A stretch of 64,000 nt of DNA from Halarcobacter sp. (GTDB lineage Bacteria; Campylobacterota; Campylobacteria; Campylobacterales; Arcobacteraceae), in NCBI GenBank assembly GCA_048571215.1, contig CP182352.1, positions 832,001 to 896,000 on the forward strand, given 5' to 3'. The notes beneath the pieces are model-generated. The model had not been told where the DNA came from. It did not search any database and saw only the letters and a program-made list of their open reading frames with translations. The translations under genes and the position numbers were made by a program. Numbering within the stretch: the first letter of the stretch is position 1; every line of letters starts with the position of its first letter. Positions 21,165-31,264 of the stretch are shown one piece after another.

Positions 21165-21724
21165 TATATTTTCCCAAGTGCATTTTTAATATCTACTTCC
21201 ATCATCTCTTCTGGAACTATACCAACATATTTTTGGATGATTTTCCCAGTTTTATCTATCATAAACATTGTAGGAATACTTTTGATTCCACCTAAAGCAT
21301 TAGCTAATTTAAAATTTTCTAAACTATTTGTAACAGTATAGTTTATACCATAGTCTTGAATAAATTGATTCATTATAGCATTTGTTTGAAGAGTATTGTC
21401 TTCTTGACCCATATTTATACTAATTATCTCAAAAGTATCTTTATAATCTTTTTGTAAACTTATTAAATGTGGAATCTCTGCCTCACAAGGTGCACACCAA
21501 GTTGCCCAAAAGTTTAGTAATACTAACTTATCACTAGCTTTGTCTTTCTCTTTCAAAACTTTTATGAGATCATCTTTCGTCTCAATAGTTATTTTTGTAC
21601 TATCTATAGCAGATAATACAAACTTTGTTTGAACTTTTTCTTTTACAATCTCTTTTTTAGAATCACATCCTGAAAATAGTATGGTTATAGAAATTATAAA
21701 AAATGCTATTTTTTTAAACTGCAT
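21164..21724 (-). CDS. TlpA-family thiol-disulfide lipoprotein
   Basis: Lipobox FSGC; NFWATWCAPC; IPT. Confidence 0.9.
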   Translation of the reverse strand: MQFKKIAFFIISITILFSGCDSKKEIVKEKVQTKFVLSAIDSTKITIETKDDLIKVLKEKDKASDKLVLLNFWATWCAPCEAEIPHLISLQKDYKDTFEIISINMGQEDNTLQTNAIMNQFIQDYGINYTVTNSLENFKLANALGGIKSIPTMFMIDKTGKIIQKYVGIVPEEMMEVDIKNALGKI

Positions 21725-21784
21725 TTTAATTCCTTACTGGTAAAATTATTTGAGGTAAGAAGTTTACCGAAGTAAGGCTTAAAT

Positions 21785-22321
21785 ATGATAAATGATCACA
21801 AAAGTGATTTTAGAAAATCGTGTCTTAAAAGATTAGAGTTTTCAAGCCGCTTTTTAAAGTACAACAAAGACAAGAAAACAGTTAAAAAATTAAAAAGATT
21901 TATAGACAAGCACAAAGCAAAAAATATATTATTATATATTCCTCTTGGTGTGGAAGTTGATGTACAACCACTAATCAAATTACTAAGAAGGGAACAGAAA
22001 AATGTGTATGTTCCCTATATGCAGAAGGACAGTTTTAAATTAGTAAAATATAGATTACCATTAGAGAAAAAAAAGTTTGGTATAAAAGAACCAAAAAATT
22101 CATTTTGTAGAAATAACAAGATTGAACTTGCAATAGTACCAATTGTAGGAGTTGATGGCGTATGCAAGAGAATTGGTTTTGGTAGAGGAATGTATGATAG
22201 GTTTTTTGATAGATTAAACTATAGACCTACAATTGTTTTCACTCAATTAACACTTTGTAAAGCAAAAGAGACTTTAACTGATAAATACGATATTCAAGCC
22301 GATTATATAATAACAACTTAA
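21785..22321 (+). CDS. 5-formyltetrahydrofolate cyclo-ligase
   Basis: FGIKEP, IVP, RIGFGRGMYDRF. Confidence 0.9.
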   Translation: MINDHKSDFRKSCLKRLEFSSRFLKYNKDKKTVKKLKRFIDKHKAKNILLYIPLGVEVDVQPLIKLLRREQKNVYVPYMQKDSFKLVKYRLPLEKKKFGIKEPKNSFCRNNKIELAIVPIVGVDGVCKRIGFGRGMYDRFFDRLNYRPTIVFTQLTLCKAKETLTDKYDIQADYIITT

Positions 22322-22325
22322 GGTT

Positions 22326-23876
22326 ATGAATATGGAATTAGTACTGGTTGGAATAATTACTGCGATAGCTAGTTCAATACTTAGTGTATTCGTAGTAAAA
22401 AAGATTAATAAAGCAAAATTTGATATATATATTGAACAAGCTAAAGCAAAAGCAAAAGTAATAGAACACGAAGCAGAGGTTATATTAAAGGATGCTCAGA
22501 TAAGAGCTAAGAAAGACTATGACAGAGAGTTTAAAGTTGCTAGACGTGAATATGAGGAGATGCTTTCAAAAATAGAGAAAAAAGAGAAAGAATTAAATCA
22601 TCACTTAGAGTCAGAACTTAAAACAATTAGGGAACAAAAAGCTGAGATTGTTGAAAAAAATGAGAAAATAACAACAATTAAAGAGGGATTAAAAAAACAA
22701 CAAAAAACATATGAAGAAAAAATTACAAAAGCTATAAAAGTATTAGAAAATGCTTCTGGACTTACAGAGGATGAAGCAAAGGAGTTAATGCTTGAAAAAG
22801 TAAAAGAGGATAGTAGAGCTAAAATAGCTTCAATCTTTAGAAAAAAATATAAGTTAGCTGAATCAAAATGTAAAGATGAGATTAACAATATGTTGTCCCA
22901 TGCTGTTACAAGATATGCAGGAGAGTTTGCAGCTGAAAGACTTATAAATAATATTCCTATAAATGATGAAGAGACAAAAGGGAAAATTATTGGTAAAGAG
23001 GGTAGAAATATTAAAGCCCTAGAGATGTTGCTTGGAGTTGATATTATTATTGATGATACCCCAAATACAATAACAATTTCATCTTTTAATCTTTATAGAC
23101 GTGCTATTGCTACAAAAACAATTAAAGCACTTTTAGAAGATGGAAGAATTCAACCTGCAAGAATAGAAGAGATTTACAATAAAGTAAAAAATGAATTTGA
23201 TAAGAATATCCAAAAAGAGGGTGAGGATGTAGTTTTAGAACTTGGTATCAAGTCTATGCATCCAGAGCTTATAAAACTTGTTGGAAGACTTAGATATAGA
23301 GCTTCTTATGGGCAAAATGCTTTAGCACATACCTTGGAAGTTTCCCACTTAGCTGGTTTACTTGCAGCACAAATGGGTGGAGATGCAATTTTAGCAAGAC
23401 GGGCAGGACTTTTACATGATATAGGAAAAGCTTTAACCCATGAGATGCCAGGAAGTCATGTGGACTTAGGTGCAGAAATCTGTAAAAGATATGATGAGCC
23501 AGATACAGTAATCAATGGTATTTATGCTCATCATGGTCATGAAGAACCTATAAATGTAGAGAGTGCAGCAGTCTGTGCAGCAGATGCTCTAAGTGCAGCA
23601 AGACCAGGGGCAAGAAGAGAAGTTCTTGAAAGCTTCCTAAAAAGAGTTGAAGAGGTTGAAAACATCTCTACAAGTAAAACAGGTGTTATTAATGCTTATG
23701 CTATAAATGCTGGACGTGAAGTTAGAGTAATAGTAAAAGCAGAATTAGTAAATGATGATGAATCTATATTACTAGCAACAGAGATAGCAAAAGAGATTGA
23801 ACAAAAAGTTCAATATCCAGGGGAGATTAAGGTTAATGTTATAAGGGAGCTTCGAGCCCAGTCTTACGCAAGATAA
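22326..23876 (+). CDS. rny: Ribonuclease Y
   Basis: N-terminal TM, coiled coil, KH domain (IIGKEGRNI), HD domain (LLHDIGK), DALSAARPGAR. Confidence 0.97.
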   Translation: MNMELVLVGIITAIASSILSVFVVKKINKAKFDIYIEQAKAKAKVIEHEAEVILKDAQIRAKKDYDREFKVARREYEEMLSKIEKKEKELNHHLESELKTIREQKAEIVEKNEKITTIKEGLKKQQKTYEEKITKAIKVLENASGLTEDEAKELMLEKVKEDSRAKIASIFRKKYKLAESKCKDEINNMLSHAVTRYAGEFAAERLINNIPINDEETKGKIIGKEGRNIKALEMLLGVDIIIDDTPNTITISSFNLYRRAIATKTIKALLEDGRIQPARIEEIYNKVKNEFDKNIQKEGEDVVLELGIKSMHPELIKLVGRLRYRASYGQNALAHTLEVSHLAGLLAAQMGGDAILARRAGLLHDIGKALTHEMPGSHVDLGAEICKRYDEPDTVINGIYAHHGHEEPINVESAAVCAADALSAARPGARREVLESFLKRVEEVENISTSKTGVINAYAINAGREVRVIVKAELVNDDESILLATEIAKEIEQKVQYPGEIKVNVIRELRAQSYAR

Positions 23877-24007
23877 GGTTCATCTTTCTCCCTTACTCTG
23901 CGTTGAAGAGAAAAATATAATGCTCACGTACTTAAGTGTACGCTCCGCTTAAATTTTTCTCTTCGCCTTGATTAAAACAAAAATATAAACCTTCCCTTGC
24001 GTAAGAC
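23861..24007. repeat. 147-bp palindromic ERIC-like element overlapping the rny stop
   Basis: Outer IR GTCTTACGCAAGATAAGGTT / AACCTTCCCTTGCGTAAGAC (18/20); inner IR GAAGAGAAAAAT / ATTTTTCTCTTC; core CACGTAC-TTAAGT-GTACGCT. Confidence 0.75.
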
Positions 24008-24112
24008 AATATTATTGATTTCTAACATAATCTAAAACTTACCATGCATAACTTTTATTATAAATAAACTTTCTTTTAAATATTTTTTTAATCTAAAATT
24101 CAATAACACTCT

Positions 24113-24613
24113 TTAATTTAACTGACTATTCTTTCTATTTTTTCTAACAGAATATATCCAAAAGAAGTTTACTAATATTGCACATATTACACTTGAGAAT
24201 ATTCCTACAACTAATGCTCCACTCCAAAGGCTAAGGGCTATATTTCCAAAATTGTCATACATTGAATTAAATTCAAACTCTATTGGATTTTTAGGTTCTA
24301 TTATTAGTTTTCCTATTTGGTATTCAAAATAAAAAAGTGGTGGCATAGTAAGAGGGTTACTTATAAATATAAGTGTAAAACTAAGTGGTAGGTTTGCATT
24401 AAATGCTATTGCTAAAAGTGATGATAATACCATTTGAAGTGGCATAGGCAGACAAGCTACAAATATTCCTATTAGTACGCCTAGGACAACTTTTTTACGA
24501 GAAATACTCCAAATTTCTCTTTTTTGTAAAAAATTTCCAAATATTTTTAAAAATTTTTGTTCTTTTATTCTTTCGTGACTTGGCAAAATTCTTTTTAATT
24601 TTTTTCGTGGCAA
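24113..24613 (-). CDS. DUF2062-family membrane protein
   Basis: P.P.QM, ANLP, ISNPLTMPP, hydrophobic segments. Confidence 0.8.
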   Translation of the reverse strand: MPRKKLKRILPSHERIKEQKFLKIFGNFLQKREIWSISRKKVVLGVLIGIFVACLPMPLQMVLSSLLAIAFNANLPLSFTLIFISNPLTMPPLFYFEYQIGKLIIEPKNPIEFEFNSMYDNFGNIALSLWSGALVVGIFSSVICAILVNFFWIYSVRKNRKNSQLN

Positions 24614-24739
24614 ATTTACTCTTTAAAATTTTTTGAGATTTTATCAAATTAAAGTCCTAGTTTGATTACATTAATAAATTAGTTATAGATATTAATTATT
24701 TAAAATAATTATTTTTTTTGAATTATTATATTTGATATT

Positions 24740-24810
24740 CATTGTATCTTGAAGTAGATATCGAATATACGTTGTTTATAGGAATATATAGTGACTTAAG
24801 TATATAACGT
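24740..24810. promoter_or_regulatory. ModE-box-like sites upstream of the molybdate-binding gene
   Basis: CG-T-TGTTTA-N6-TATATA-G-TG at ~24770-24793, plus related sites ending TAGATATCG and TATATAACG. Confidence 0.5.
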
Positions 24811-24895
24811 TTTCTTTTATATTTAAGTTATTTTTTAATAAAAATTAAGTTTATGTAGTTATAATCTATTTATATTTTATTATAAAGGACATAGT

Positions 24896-25309
24896 ATGAA
24901 AACAAGTGCAAGAAATGAGTTAACAGGTAAGATTACAGAGCTTAAATCAGGTGCAGTTATGGCAGAAGTTAAAGTAGAAGTTGCTTCAAATGTTTTAGTA
25001 TCGGCTACAATTACAAATGAATCAAAAGAGTTATTAGGTTTAGAAGTTGGTTCAGAAGTATCTGCTTTGATTAAAGCACCAGCAATTATTATCTCAAAAG
25101 TTAAATTAAAAGCAAGTGCAAGAAATATAATAGAAGGTTCTATTACTGAGATTAAAAAAGGGCAAGTTAGTTCTGAAGTAAAACTTTCTGTTGGAGATAA
25201 TCAAATTTGTGCAGTAGTTACAAATGATGCAGTTGAAGATTTACAATTAAATATATCAGATACTGTATTTGCTATTTTTAAAGCTTCAAGTGTAATATTA
25301 GTTGCATAA
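24896..25309 (+). CDS. Di-TOBE molybdate-binding protein (Mop/ModG-like)
   Basis: Two SARN...IKA/FKA Mop repeats. Confidence 0.9.
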   Translation: MKTSARNELTGKITELKSGAVMAEVKVEVASNVLVSATITNESKELLGLEVGSEVSALIKAPAIIISKVKLKASARNIIEGSITEIKKGQVSSEVKLSVGDNQICAVVTNDAVEDLQLNISDTVFAIFKASSVILVA

Positions 25310-25317
25310 AAAATTAG

Positions 25318-25340
25318 GTGAGAATAATCTATATTCTCAC
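25318..25340. terminator. Hairpin between convergent genes
   Basis: GTGAGAATA-ATCTA-TATTCTCAC. Confidence 0.55.
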
Positions 25341-25826
25341 TTATTTACTCATAATGATTGATACTATTCTAAAAGGTGATGTCTTGTTGTTTTTCGCAAG
25401 TTTATAAATAGAGATTTCATCATTTATTTTTATTCCATTATTTTCTAAATTCATTATGGCATAATCATATTCAACATTTAAGATTTTAAAAGAATCTTTT
25501 AATGGAGCATTTAAAACACTTTTTATAATAGTACCCTTTGGGTTTTCTCCACTTGGAGCATTTAAAACAAATACTGAGCTTGTAATTATGGTAATTGATG
25601 CTGCTATTAAAAATATTTTTTTATTAAAATAGTTTTTCATACTTTTCCAATTAAAAAAAACATGAAGCAAAATTGCTCCAACAAAAAATAATCCTAATAT
25701 CTCATGCATCTCTTTTACTTTTGAATCAAAAAAGTGAAAATACATCATAATTCCACTTCCTCCTATGACTAAAAATAGCACTGTAGTAAAGGATGTAGCA
25801 AAATCTCTTTTTATAATATTTTTCAT
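25341..25826 (-). CDS. DUF4405-like membrane protein
   Basis: SG..M.F, HE..G, H...NW pattern in TM helices. Confidence 0.7.
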   Translation of the reverse strand: MKNIIKRDFATSFTTVLFLVIGGSGIMMYFHFFDSKVKEMHEILGLFFVGAILLHVFFNWKSMKNYFNKKIFLIAASITIITSSVFVLNAPSGENPKGTIIKSVLNAPLKDSFKILNVEYDYAIMNLENNGIKINDEISIYKLAKNNKTSPFRIVSIIMSK

Positions 25827-25976
25827 CTATCTCTCCCTTTTAATTTATATGAAATTATATTATATAAATATTACAGTAATTGAATATTAGATTAATGATA
25901 TATTAACAACTATTATTTAAATAGAATCCTTAACAATTTTTAACTATAATACAAAAAAATTACAGTTAAGAGAGAT

Positions 25977-26573
25977 ATGAAAACAAATAAACCAACTACA
26001 AGAATAATTGCAGGGAAATATAAAGGGAAGACTTTAGAGTTGCCTTCACTTGAGGTAACTAGAAGTTCAAAAGCTAGATTAAAAGAGTCTTTTTTTAATG
26101 TTTTACAATTTGATATTATAGATAAAATATTTATAGAAAGTTTTGCAGGAAGTGGAAGTATTGGTCTTGAAGCTATAAGTAGAGGCGCAAAAAGAGCATA
26201 TTTTGTTGAACTTGATAAAAACTCTTATAGGATTTTAACAAAAAATTGTAAGTTGATTGAACCTAATAGTTGTCAAACTACTCTAGGAGATACTTTTGTT
26301 CAAACCCCAAGTATTTTAAATTCACTTAAAAATTCAAATGATGAAGTTATTTTATATATTGATCCACCTTTTGATTACAGAGAAGGGATGGAAGAGATTT
26401 ATGAAAAAAGTTTTAAGATGATTGAAAATATTGAAAATGAAAATATATTTATGGTGATAATAGAGCATGTTACTGCTTTAGTAATACCTCAAAACTTAGG
26501 GAAATTTTCACTTCATAAGACAAAAAAATTTGGTAAAAGCTCTTTATCTTATTTTACATATACACAAGAGTAG
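25977..26573 (+). CDS. rsmD: 16S rRNA m2G966 methyltransferase RsmD
   Basis: RIIAGKYKG, FAGSGSIGLEAISRGA, DPPF. Confidence 0.93.
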   Translation: MKTNKPTTRIIAGKYKGKTLELPSLEVTRSSKARLKESFFNVLQFDIIDKIFIESFAGSGSIGLEAISRGAKRAYFVELDKNSYRILTKNCKLIEPNSCQTTLGDTFVQTPSILNSLKNSNDEVILYIDPPFDYREGMEEIYEKSFKMIENIENENIFMVIIEHVTALVIPQNLGKFSLHKTKKFGKSSLSYFTYTQE

Positions 26574-26576
26574 TTT

Positions 26577-27377
26577 ATGATAAAAGTGGCCGCTAGTATA
26601 CTAATTGCTTTGATATTTTTAGTATTATTCATGCCATTTTTTTATACAGTTTCCCCCTATGAATTAAATCCACAAAAAATTCTTTTAGCTCCTAGTTTTG
26701 AACACCTATTTGGTACAGATAGATTAGGAAGAGATATGTTAGCTAGAGTTTTAAATGGAGGTCAAACTTCACTTATAATAGGTTTTCTAAGTGCAGCAAT
26801 AGCCTCAATAATTGGACTTTTTATAGGTATAAATGCAGGTTATTTTAAAGGTAAAATTGATAAAGGGATTACTATACTAATTGACTTATTTTTAACTTTC
26901 CCAACATTTTTTTTACTTTTGGCTTTGGTTTCATATATCCAAGCTTCTACTTTAGTTTTGATTATTGTTATATCAATAACAGGTTGGATGGGGATGGCAA
27001 GACTTATTAGAAGTGAAAGTTTTGCTATAGGAAATAAACCTTTTATTAAAATTTTAAGCTTAGCAAAGGTATCTAAAACTAAAATCATCTTTAAATATTT
27101 TGCGCCACTTTTAGCTCCTATATTTCTTATATCATTTACTTTTTCAGTTGGAGGAGCTATCTTAGCTGAGTCTGGATTATCATTTTTAGGTCTTGGGGTA
27201 AATCCTCCCCAAATGTCATGGGGAAGTTTGCTAAGTGATGGAAAAGCTGTTATGGATATAGCTTGGTGGGTTAGTTTTTTCCCTGGTCTTATGATTTTTA
27301 TAGTAACTTTTTGTTTGATGCAAATATCTGATTTCTTACAAGCTAAAGCAAATACAAAAGAGATACAATCAACTTAG
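26577..27377 (+). CDS. Peptide/nickel ABC transporter permease (DppC/OppC-like), orphan
   Basis: HLFGTDRLGRD, ESGLSFLGLG, SWG, WW..FPG. Confidence 0.9.
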   Translation: MIKVAASILIALIFLVLFMPFFYTVSPYELNPQKILLAPSFEHLFGTDRLGRDMLARVLNGGQTSLIIGFLSAAIASIIGLFIGINAGYFKGKIDKGITILIDLFLTFPTFFLLLALVSYIQASTLVLIIVISITGWMGMARLIRSESFAIGNKPFIKILSLAKVSKTKIIFKYFAPLLAPIFLISFTFSVGGAILAESGLSFLGLGVNPPQMSWGSLLSDGKAVMDIAWWVSFFPGLMIFIVTFCLMQISDFLQAKANTKEIQST

Positions 27378-28195
27378 ATTTTATTTAACAATTTATCCAA
27401 TAAGTTTGTACTTAAAACTCTTTTTAGAAACCCTAAAATATAAGTTGCTTTAGTGACATAATATCTTGGTTTTGGTTTTCTTGTATTTATGATTTTTAAT
27501 ACTACCTTTGCAACACTACTAGCTGGTAGATTAAAAGGTGTAGTATCTTTATCATTTTCCAATCTTGCTTTTAATTCATTTTCATAAGTTGTTTTAAAAG
27601 CACTTGAGTTTATATCAATATTTTTTCTAAATTTTTCTAGGGCATTTTCTCTAAACTTACTTGTTACTGGTCCCGTGTTTATTACAGATATATAAATATT
27701 TGTATCTATAAGTTCTTGTCTTAGTGTATCATTTAGGCCTTCAATTGCATATTTTGAGGCATTATAAGCACCCCTAAATTTTAGACTTATTATCCCTAAA
27801 ACTGAAGAGTGTTGAATGATTTTTCCAAAGCCTTGTTTTCTAAAAATTTGTAGGGTTTGTCTTGTAACTTCATGCAGTCCAAAAACATTTGTTTCAAACT
27901 GCTCTTTTAAAGTTTCAAGGGATAAGTCTTCAACAGCACCAGGTTGTCCAAAACCTGCATTGTTAAATACTACATCCAATGTTTTATCATTTTTTATAAT
28001 TGTTTCTAAAGCTATTTTTATATGTTCTTTATTTGTAATATCAAGTAAAAAGGTTTCAAAACCTAAATCTTCAAGCATTTTTACATCTTGTTGTTTTCTA
28101 GCACTGGCATAAACTTTTATCCCATTTTTTTTTAAGGTTTTTGCTGTTTGAAGACCAATACCACTTGAACAACCCGTTATAAGTATATTTTGCAT
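27374..28195 (-). CDS. Short-chain dehydrogenase/reductase
   Basis: TGCSSGIG, NNAG, YNASK. Confidence 0.93.
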   Translation of the reverse strand: MQNILITGCSSGIGLQTAKTLKKNGIKVYASARKQQDVKMLEDLGFETFLLDITNKEHIKIALETIIKNDKTLDVVFNNAGFGQPGAVEDLSLETLKEQFETNVFGLHEVTRQTLQIFRKQGFGKIIQHSSVLGIISLKFRGAYNASKYAIEGLNDTLRQELIDTNIYISVINTGPVTSKFRENALEKFRKNIDINSSAFKTTYENELKARLENDKDTTPFNLPASSVAKVVLKIINTRKPKPRYYVTKATYILGFLKRVLSTNLLDKLLNKI

Positions 28196-28773
28196 TAATA
28201 TTTCCCTACAAGGATTTCATCTAAAGCTCTTTTAGGAACACAATGATTATCTTCTTGATCTCTATAATAGTTAGTATCATCTTTTAGGTCTACTATTTGT
28301 ATATTTTCTGCTTCTATACCAACAGCTATTCCTAAGATTGGTTCTAGGTTTTGTGGTAGATTAAAAAGGTTTTTACAAAGATCCTTATCTATTGAAGCTA
28401 ATGGGCATGAAGCATAGCCTTTTATTTTAAGACCTATCATTATGGAGTTTAAAGTTATACCACAATCAAGCATGGCAAAGCCATCTATTGTAGTATCATT
28501 TAAAACTACAATAAATGCGCTAGGTTGTTCATCTTCACTTTGATCCCAACTGCTTAAATGACTTGCCCATTTACAAGTGTTTGAAAGTTTTTTTACTAAA
28601 TCTTTTTTAGTTACTATTATATATTTTAAGGGTTGTTTATTCATAGCACTAGAGCTTAGTCTTGTTATATCAATAATCTCTTCCAATTCTTTAGACTCTA
28701 TAGTTATATCTTTTTTAAAGCGTCTTGTAGTTCTCGTTTTTTTTACTAATTGTTTATATTCATCAAATTTCAT
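28195..28773 (-). CDS. Nitroreductase family protein
   Basis: RTTRRF, SSAMNKQP, PKR C-terminus; ATG at 28773 preferred. Confidence 0.85.
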   Translation of the reverse strand: MKFDEYKQLVKKTRTTRRFKKDITIESKELEEIIDITRLSSSAMNKQPLKYIIVTKKDLVKKLSNTCKWASHLSSWDQSEDEQPSAFIVVLNDTTIDGFAMLDCGITLNSIMIGLKIKGYASCPLASIDKDLCKNLFNLPQNLEPILGIAVGIEAENIQIVDLKDDTNYYRDQEDNHCVPKRALDEILVGKY

Positions 28774-28847
28774 ATTAAGTCCTAATTTTAAATCATGGTA
28801 TAATACCAAAATTTTTATAATAACTATAAAATAAAGATGGAATATAA

Positions 28848-29558
28848 ATGGATGAGAAGATTATAATATTAACAGGAGCTGGGATTTCAAAGCCAAGTGG
28901 AATATCAACTTTTAGAGATAGTGATGGACTTTGGGAAAAACATAATATAGAAGATATCTGTAGTGCAGGGTGCTTAGATATTAATTATGAAGAAACCATA
29001 AGGTTTTATGACCAAAGAAGAATCGATATTAGCGATAAGTTAGCTAATAAAGCTCATAAAACTATAGCAAAATTAAAAAACAAATATCCAAATAAAATAG
29101 AAGTTATAACACAAAATGTTGATGATTTATTTGAAAAAGCAAATTGCAAAGATGTTTTACACCTACATGGTTACTTACCACATATAAAATGTATGAGTTG
29201 TGGAACAATTGAAAATATAGGCTATCAAAGACAAGAAAATACTTATATCAAGTGTAAAAAATGTGCTGGAAAACTAAGACCCGATATAGTTTTTTTTGGT
29301 GAAATGGCACCCAATTATGAAAAGATGTACGAAAGTTTAGAAAACTGTTCTTTGCTTGTGGTTATTGGAACTAGTGGATATGTTATAGATGTTAGTTTCC
29401 TAAGCCAATATACAGATTTTACGATTTTGAATAATTTTGAACCAAGTGAAGCTATAATAGAAGAGTGTTTTAATAAAATCTATTATGAGTGTGCAACAAC
29501 AGCGATTGATAAAATAGAAGAAGATATTGAAAATTTTATAAAGAAAAATTATATATGA
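28848..29558 (+). CDS. cobB: NAD-dependent deacylase (Sir2/CobB family)
   Basis: TGAGIS, TQNVD, HLHG, Zn CxxC pairs, RPDIVFFGE, GTSG. Confidence 0.85.
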   Translation: MDEKIIILTGAGISKPSGISTFRDSDGLWEKHNIEDICSAGCLDINYEETIRFYDQRRIDISDKLANKAHKTIAKLKNKYPNKIEVITQNVDDLFEKANCKDVLHLHGYLPHIKCMSCGTIENIGYQRQENTYIKCKKCAGKLRPDIVFFGEMAPNYEKMYESLENCSLLVVIGTSGYVIDVSFLSQYTDFTILNNFEPSEAIIEECFNKIYYECATTAIDKIEEDIENFIKKNYI

Positions 29559-30334
29559 ATAAAAATGATTTAAAAATAAAAGAGCTTTTAGATAAAGAGG
29601 TTATATGTAGAGATTCTATTTGTGAACTCTCTTACGAAAAACCAGATCCACTTTTAGTAGCAAGTAGATATAAAGATGAATACGCAATACTTTTATGTGC
29701 CTTGTTCGCATATGGAAAAGCTAGTTTGATTGTAAAGTTTTTAGATAGTTTTGATTTTTCACTTTTAGATGAGAGGGAAGAAAAAATAGAAAAAGAGTTA
29801 GATAGATTTTATTATAGATTTCAAAATAATCAAGATATAAAAAATATTTTCATAGCATTTAGAAGATTGAAACAAGAAGATAGTTTAAACTCATTTTTTT
29901 ATGAAACTTATAAAAAAGATAATTGTGTTTTAGATGGTATTGATAATGTAATAAAAAAGATAAACTCAAAAATCCAGTACACCTCTCAAGGTTTCACTTT
30001 TTTAGTTTCAAGCCCCCTAAAAAGAGATAAAAATGGTTTTATCAAAGAGATAGGAAATGCTCCATATAAAAGATGGAATATGTTTTTAAGATGGATGGTA
30101 AGAGATGACTCTCTTGATATGGGATTATGGAAAAATATAGATAAAAAAAATTTAATTCTACCACTTGATACCCACACTTTTAAAGTCTCTCAAAAGTTAG
30201 GCTTACTTGATAGGAAAACATATGATTTAAAATCTGCAATATTAGTAACAAATAAGTTAAAAGAGTTTGATATAAATGATCCTATAAAGTACGATTTTGC
30301 TTTATATAGGATTGGACAAGAAAAACTTTACTAA
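29555..30334 (+). CDS. TIGR02757-family protein; its 3' end is the island attachment site
   Basis: FAYG, YYRF, KRWNMFLRWMVR, PLDTH, DPIKYDFALY. Confidence 0.88.
   Translation: MNKNDLKIKELLDKEVICRDSICELSYEKPDPLLVASRYKDEYAILLCALFAYGKASLIVKFLDSFDFSLLDEREEKIEKELDRFYYRFQNNQDIKNIFIAFRRLKQEDSLNSFFYETYKKDNCVLDGIDNVIKKINSKIQYTSQGFTFLVSSPLKRDKNGFIKEIGNAPYKRWNMFLRWMVRDDSLDMGLWKNIDKKNLILPLDTHTFKVSQKLGLLDRKTYDLKSAILVTNKLKEFDINDPIKYDFALYRIGQEKLY
30302..30321 (+). repeat. attL core (20-bp direct repeat)
   Basis: TTATATAGGATTGGACAAGA, identical to 39065-39084. Confidence 0.9.
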
Positions 30335-30373
30335 TACTATATTATGGTAATTTAAAATATAGCCAAAATAAAT

Positions 30374-30394
30374 TAACACACTTTTAACACGCTT
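30374..30394 (+). repeat. TAACAC(A/G)CTT tandem repeats inside attL, putative integrase arm sites
   Basis: TAACACACTTTTAACACGCTT; same motif occurs three times at 38911-38953. Confidence 0.55.
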
Positions 30395-30397
30395 AAA

Positions 30398-31252
30398 GTG
30401 AATAATTACATAAAAGAATTACTTCTATCTGGAGTTATTAATAAGCTTGATGATATTAAAACAATACTTGAAGAAGAGGGCTTAACTGTTGAAAAATTTG
30501 GAAAAGATTTAAAAAAAGATTTTAGCTATGTAACTGTTTCAAATGAAACTGGAAAAATGAGAGTTAGAGGTGAGTTTTATAATGAAGATTTTTTTAAATG
30601 TACTCAAGAAGATAGAAAAATACAAATAAAAACTAATAAAAAAAGCTTTGAAAGTGTAGATAAAAATACAAGGTTAAAAGAGGTAGAAAATAAGCTTAGA
30701 AAAGAGAATGAAAGAAGGTTTAAAGTTGTTAAAAAGCTTTTTAATACATCAAGAAAAAAAGCTTCATATGAATTTGAAAAGATAATTGAAGAAAATGAAA
30801 AAGATAAGGAGCAAGAAGATGACACTGCAAGAACAGTTAATGAAAGAGATAGAACTAGCAGAACAGAAACAATTGAGTTTTTTAGATCACTTAGAGAAAC
30901 AGCAGATAGCTTACGAAAAGAGTCTATCTCAAATTGTACAAAATTATCAGAGTCACATGAACAAGCTTCAAGAAGAATTAGAAGTATTACAAAAGAATCA
31001 GAAAGCAATTTACGGCAAATTGGAAAGCATGAACAACAAATTAGCAGATTTACCAATCTTAGAAGAGAATTTGGAAGAAAGCTTAATACTTATATCTCAA
31101 CTACAAGAGAGTATCTCTTAAATATATATAATAATTTAAAAGAGAAGTTTATTTGTGAGAGTAAACCTCAATTAGAGTCTATACCTGATACTTCACATTT
31201 AGAAGAAAGTTCAAATCAAAATAACACTAAAAGAAAATTTAGAGAAAAATAA
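30398..31252 (+). pseudogene. N-terminally truncated mobilisation relaxase-like protein with coiled-coil tail
   Basis: GVINKLDDIKTILEEEGLTVEKFG...YVTVS...MRVRGEFYNEDF resembles the post-catalytic part of MbeA/MobA relaxases; no HUH motif present. Confidence 0.5.
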
Positions 31253-31264
31253 AAGGAATAAAAA

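Noticed and set aside
23861..24007. 6S RNA, suggested by the rod shape with a central bubble and the nearby 5-formyl-THF cyclo-ligase gene
   Set aside because: The outer stem lies inside the rny coding sequence, there is no room for a separate promoter, and the core looks like an ERIC-type repeat. An Rfam scan would settle it.
28848..29558. Sir2 protein as a defence NADase beside the island
   Set aside because: It is a zinc-binding CobB-type deacylase, outside attL and coupled to a housekeeping gene.
30604..31121. Alternative-frame ORFs 30604-31056 (-) and 30786-31121 (+)
   Set aside because: The minus ORF is an antisense shadow. The plus ORF is a coiled-coil overlapping frame; an overprinted MbeB/MbeD-like gene cannot be excluded, but there is no positive evidence.
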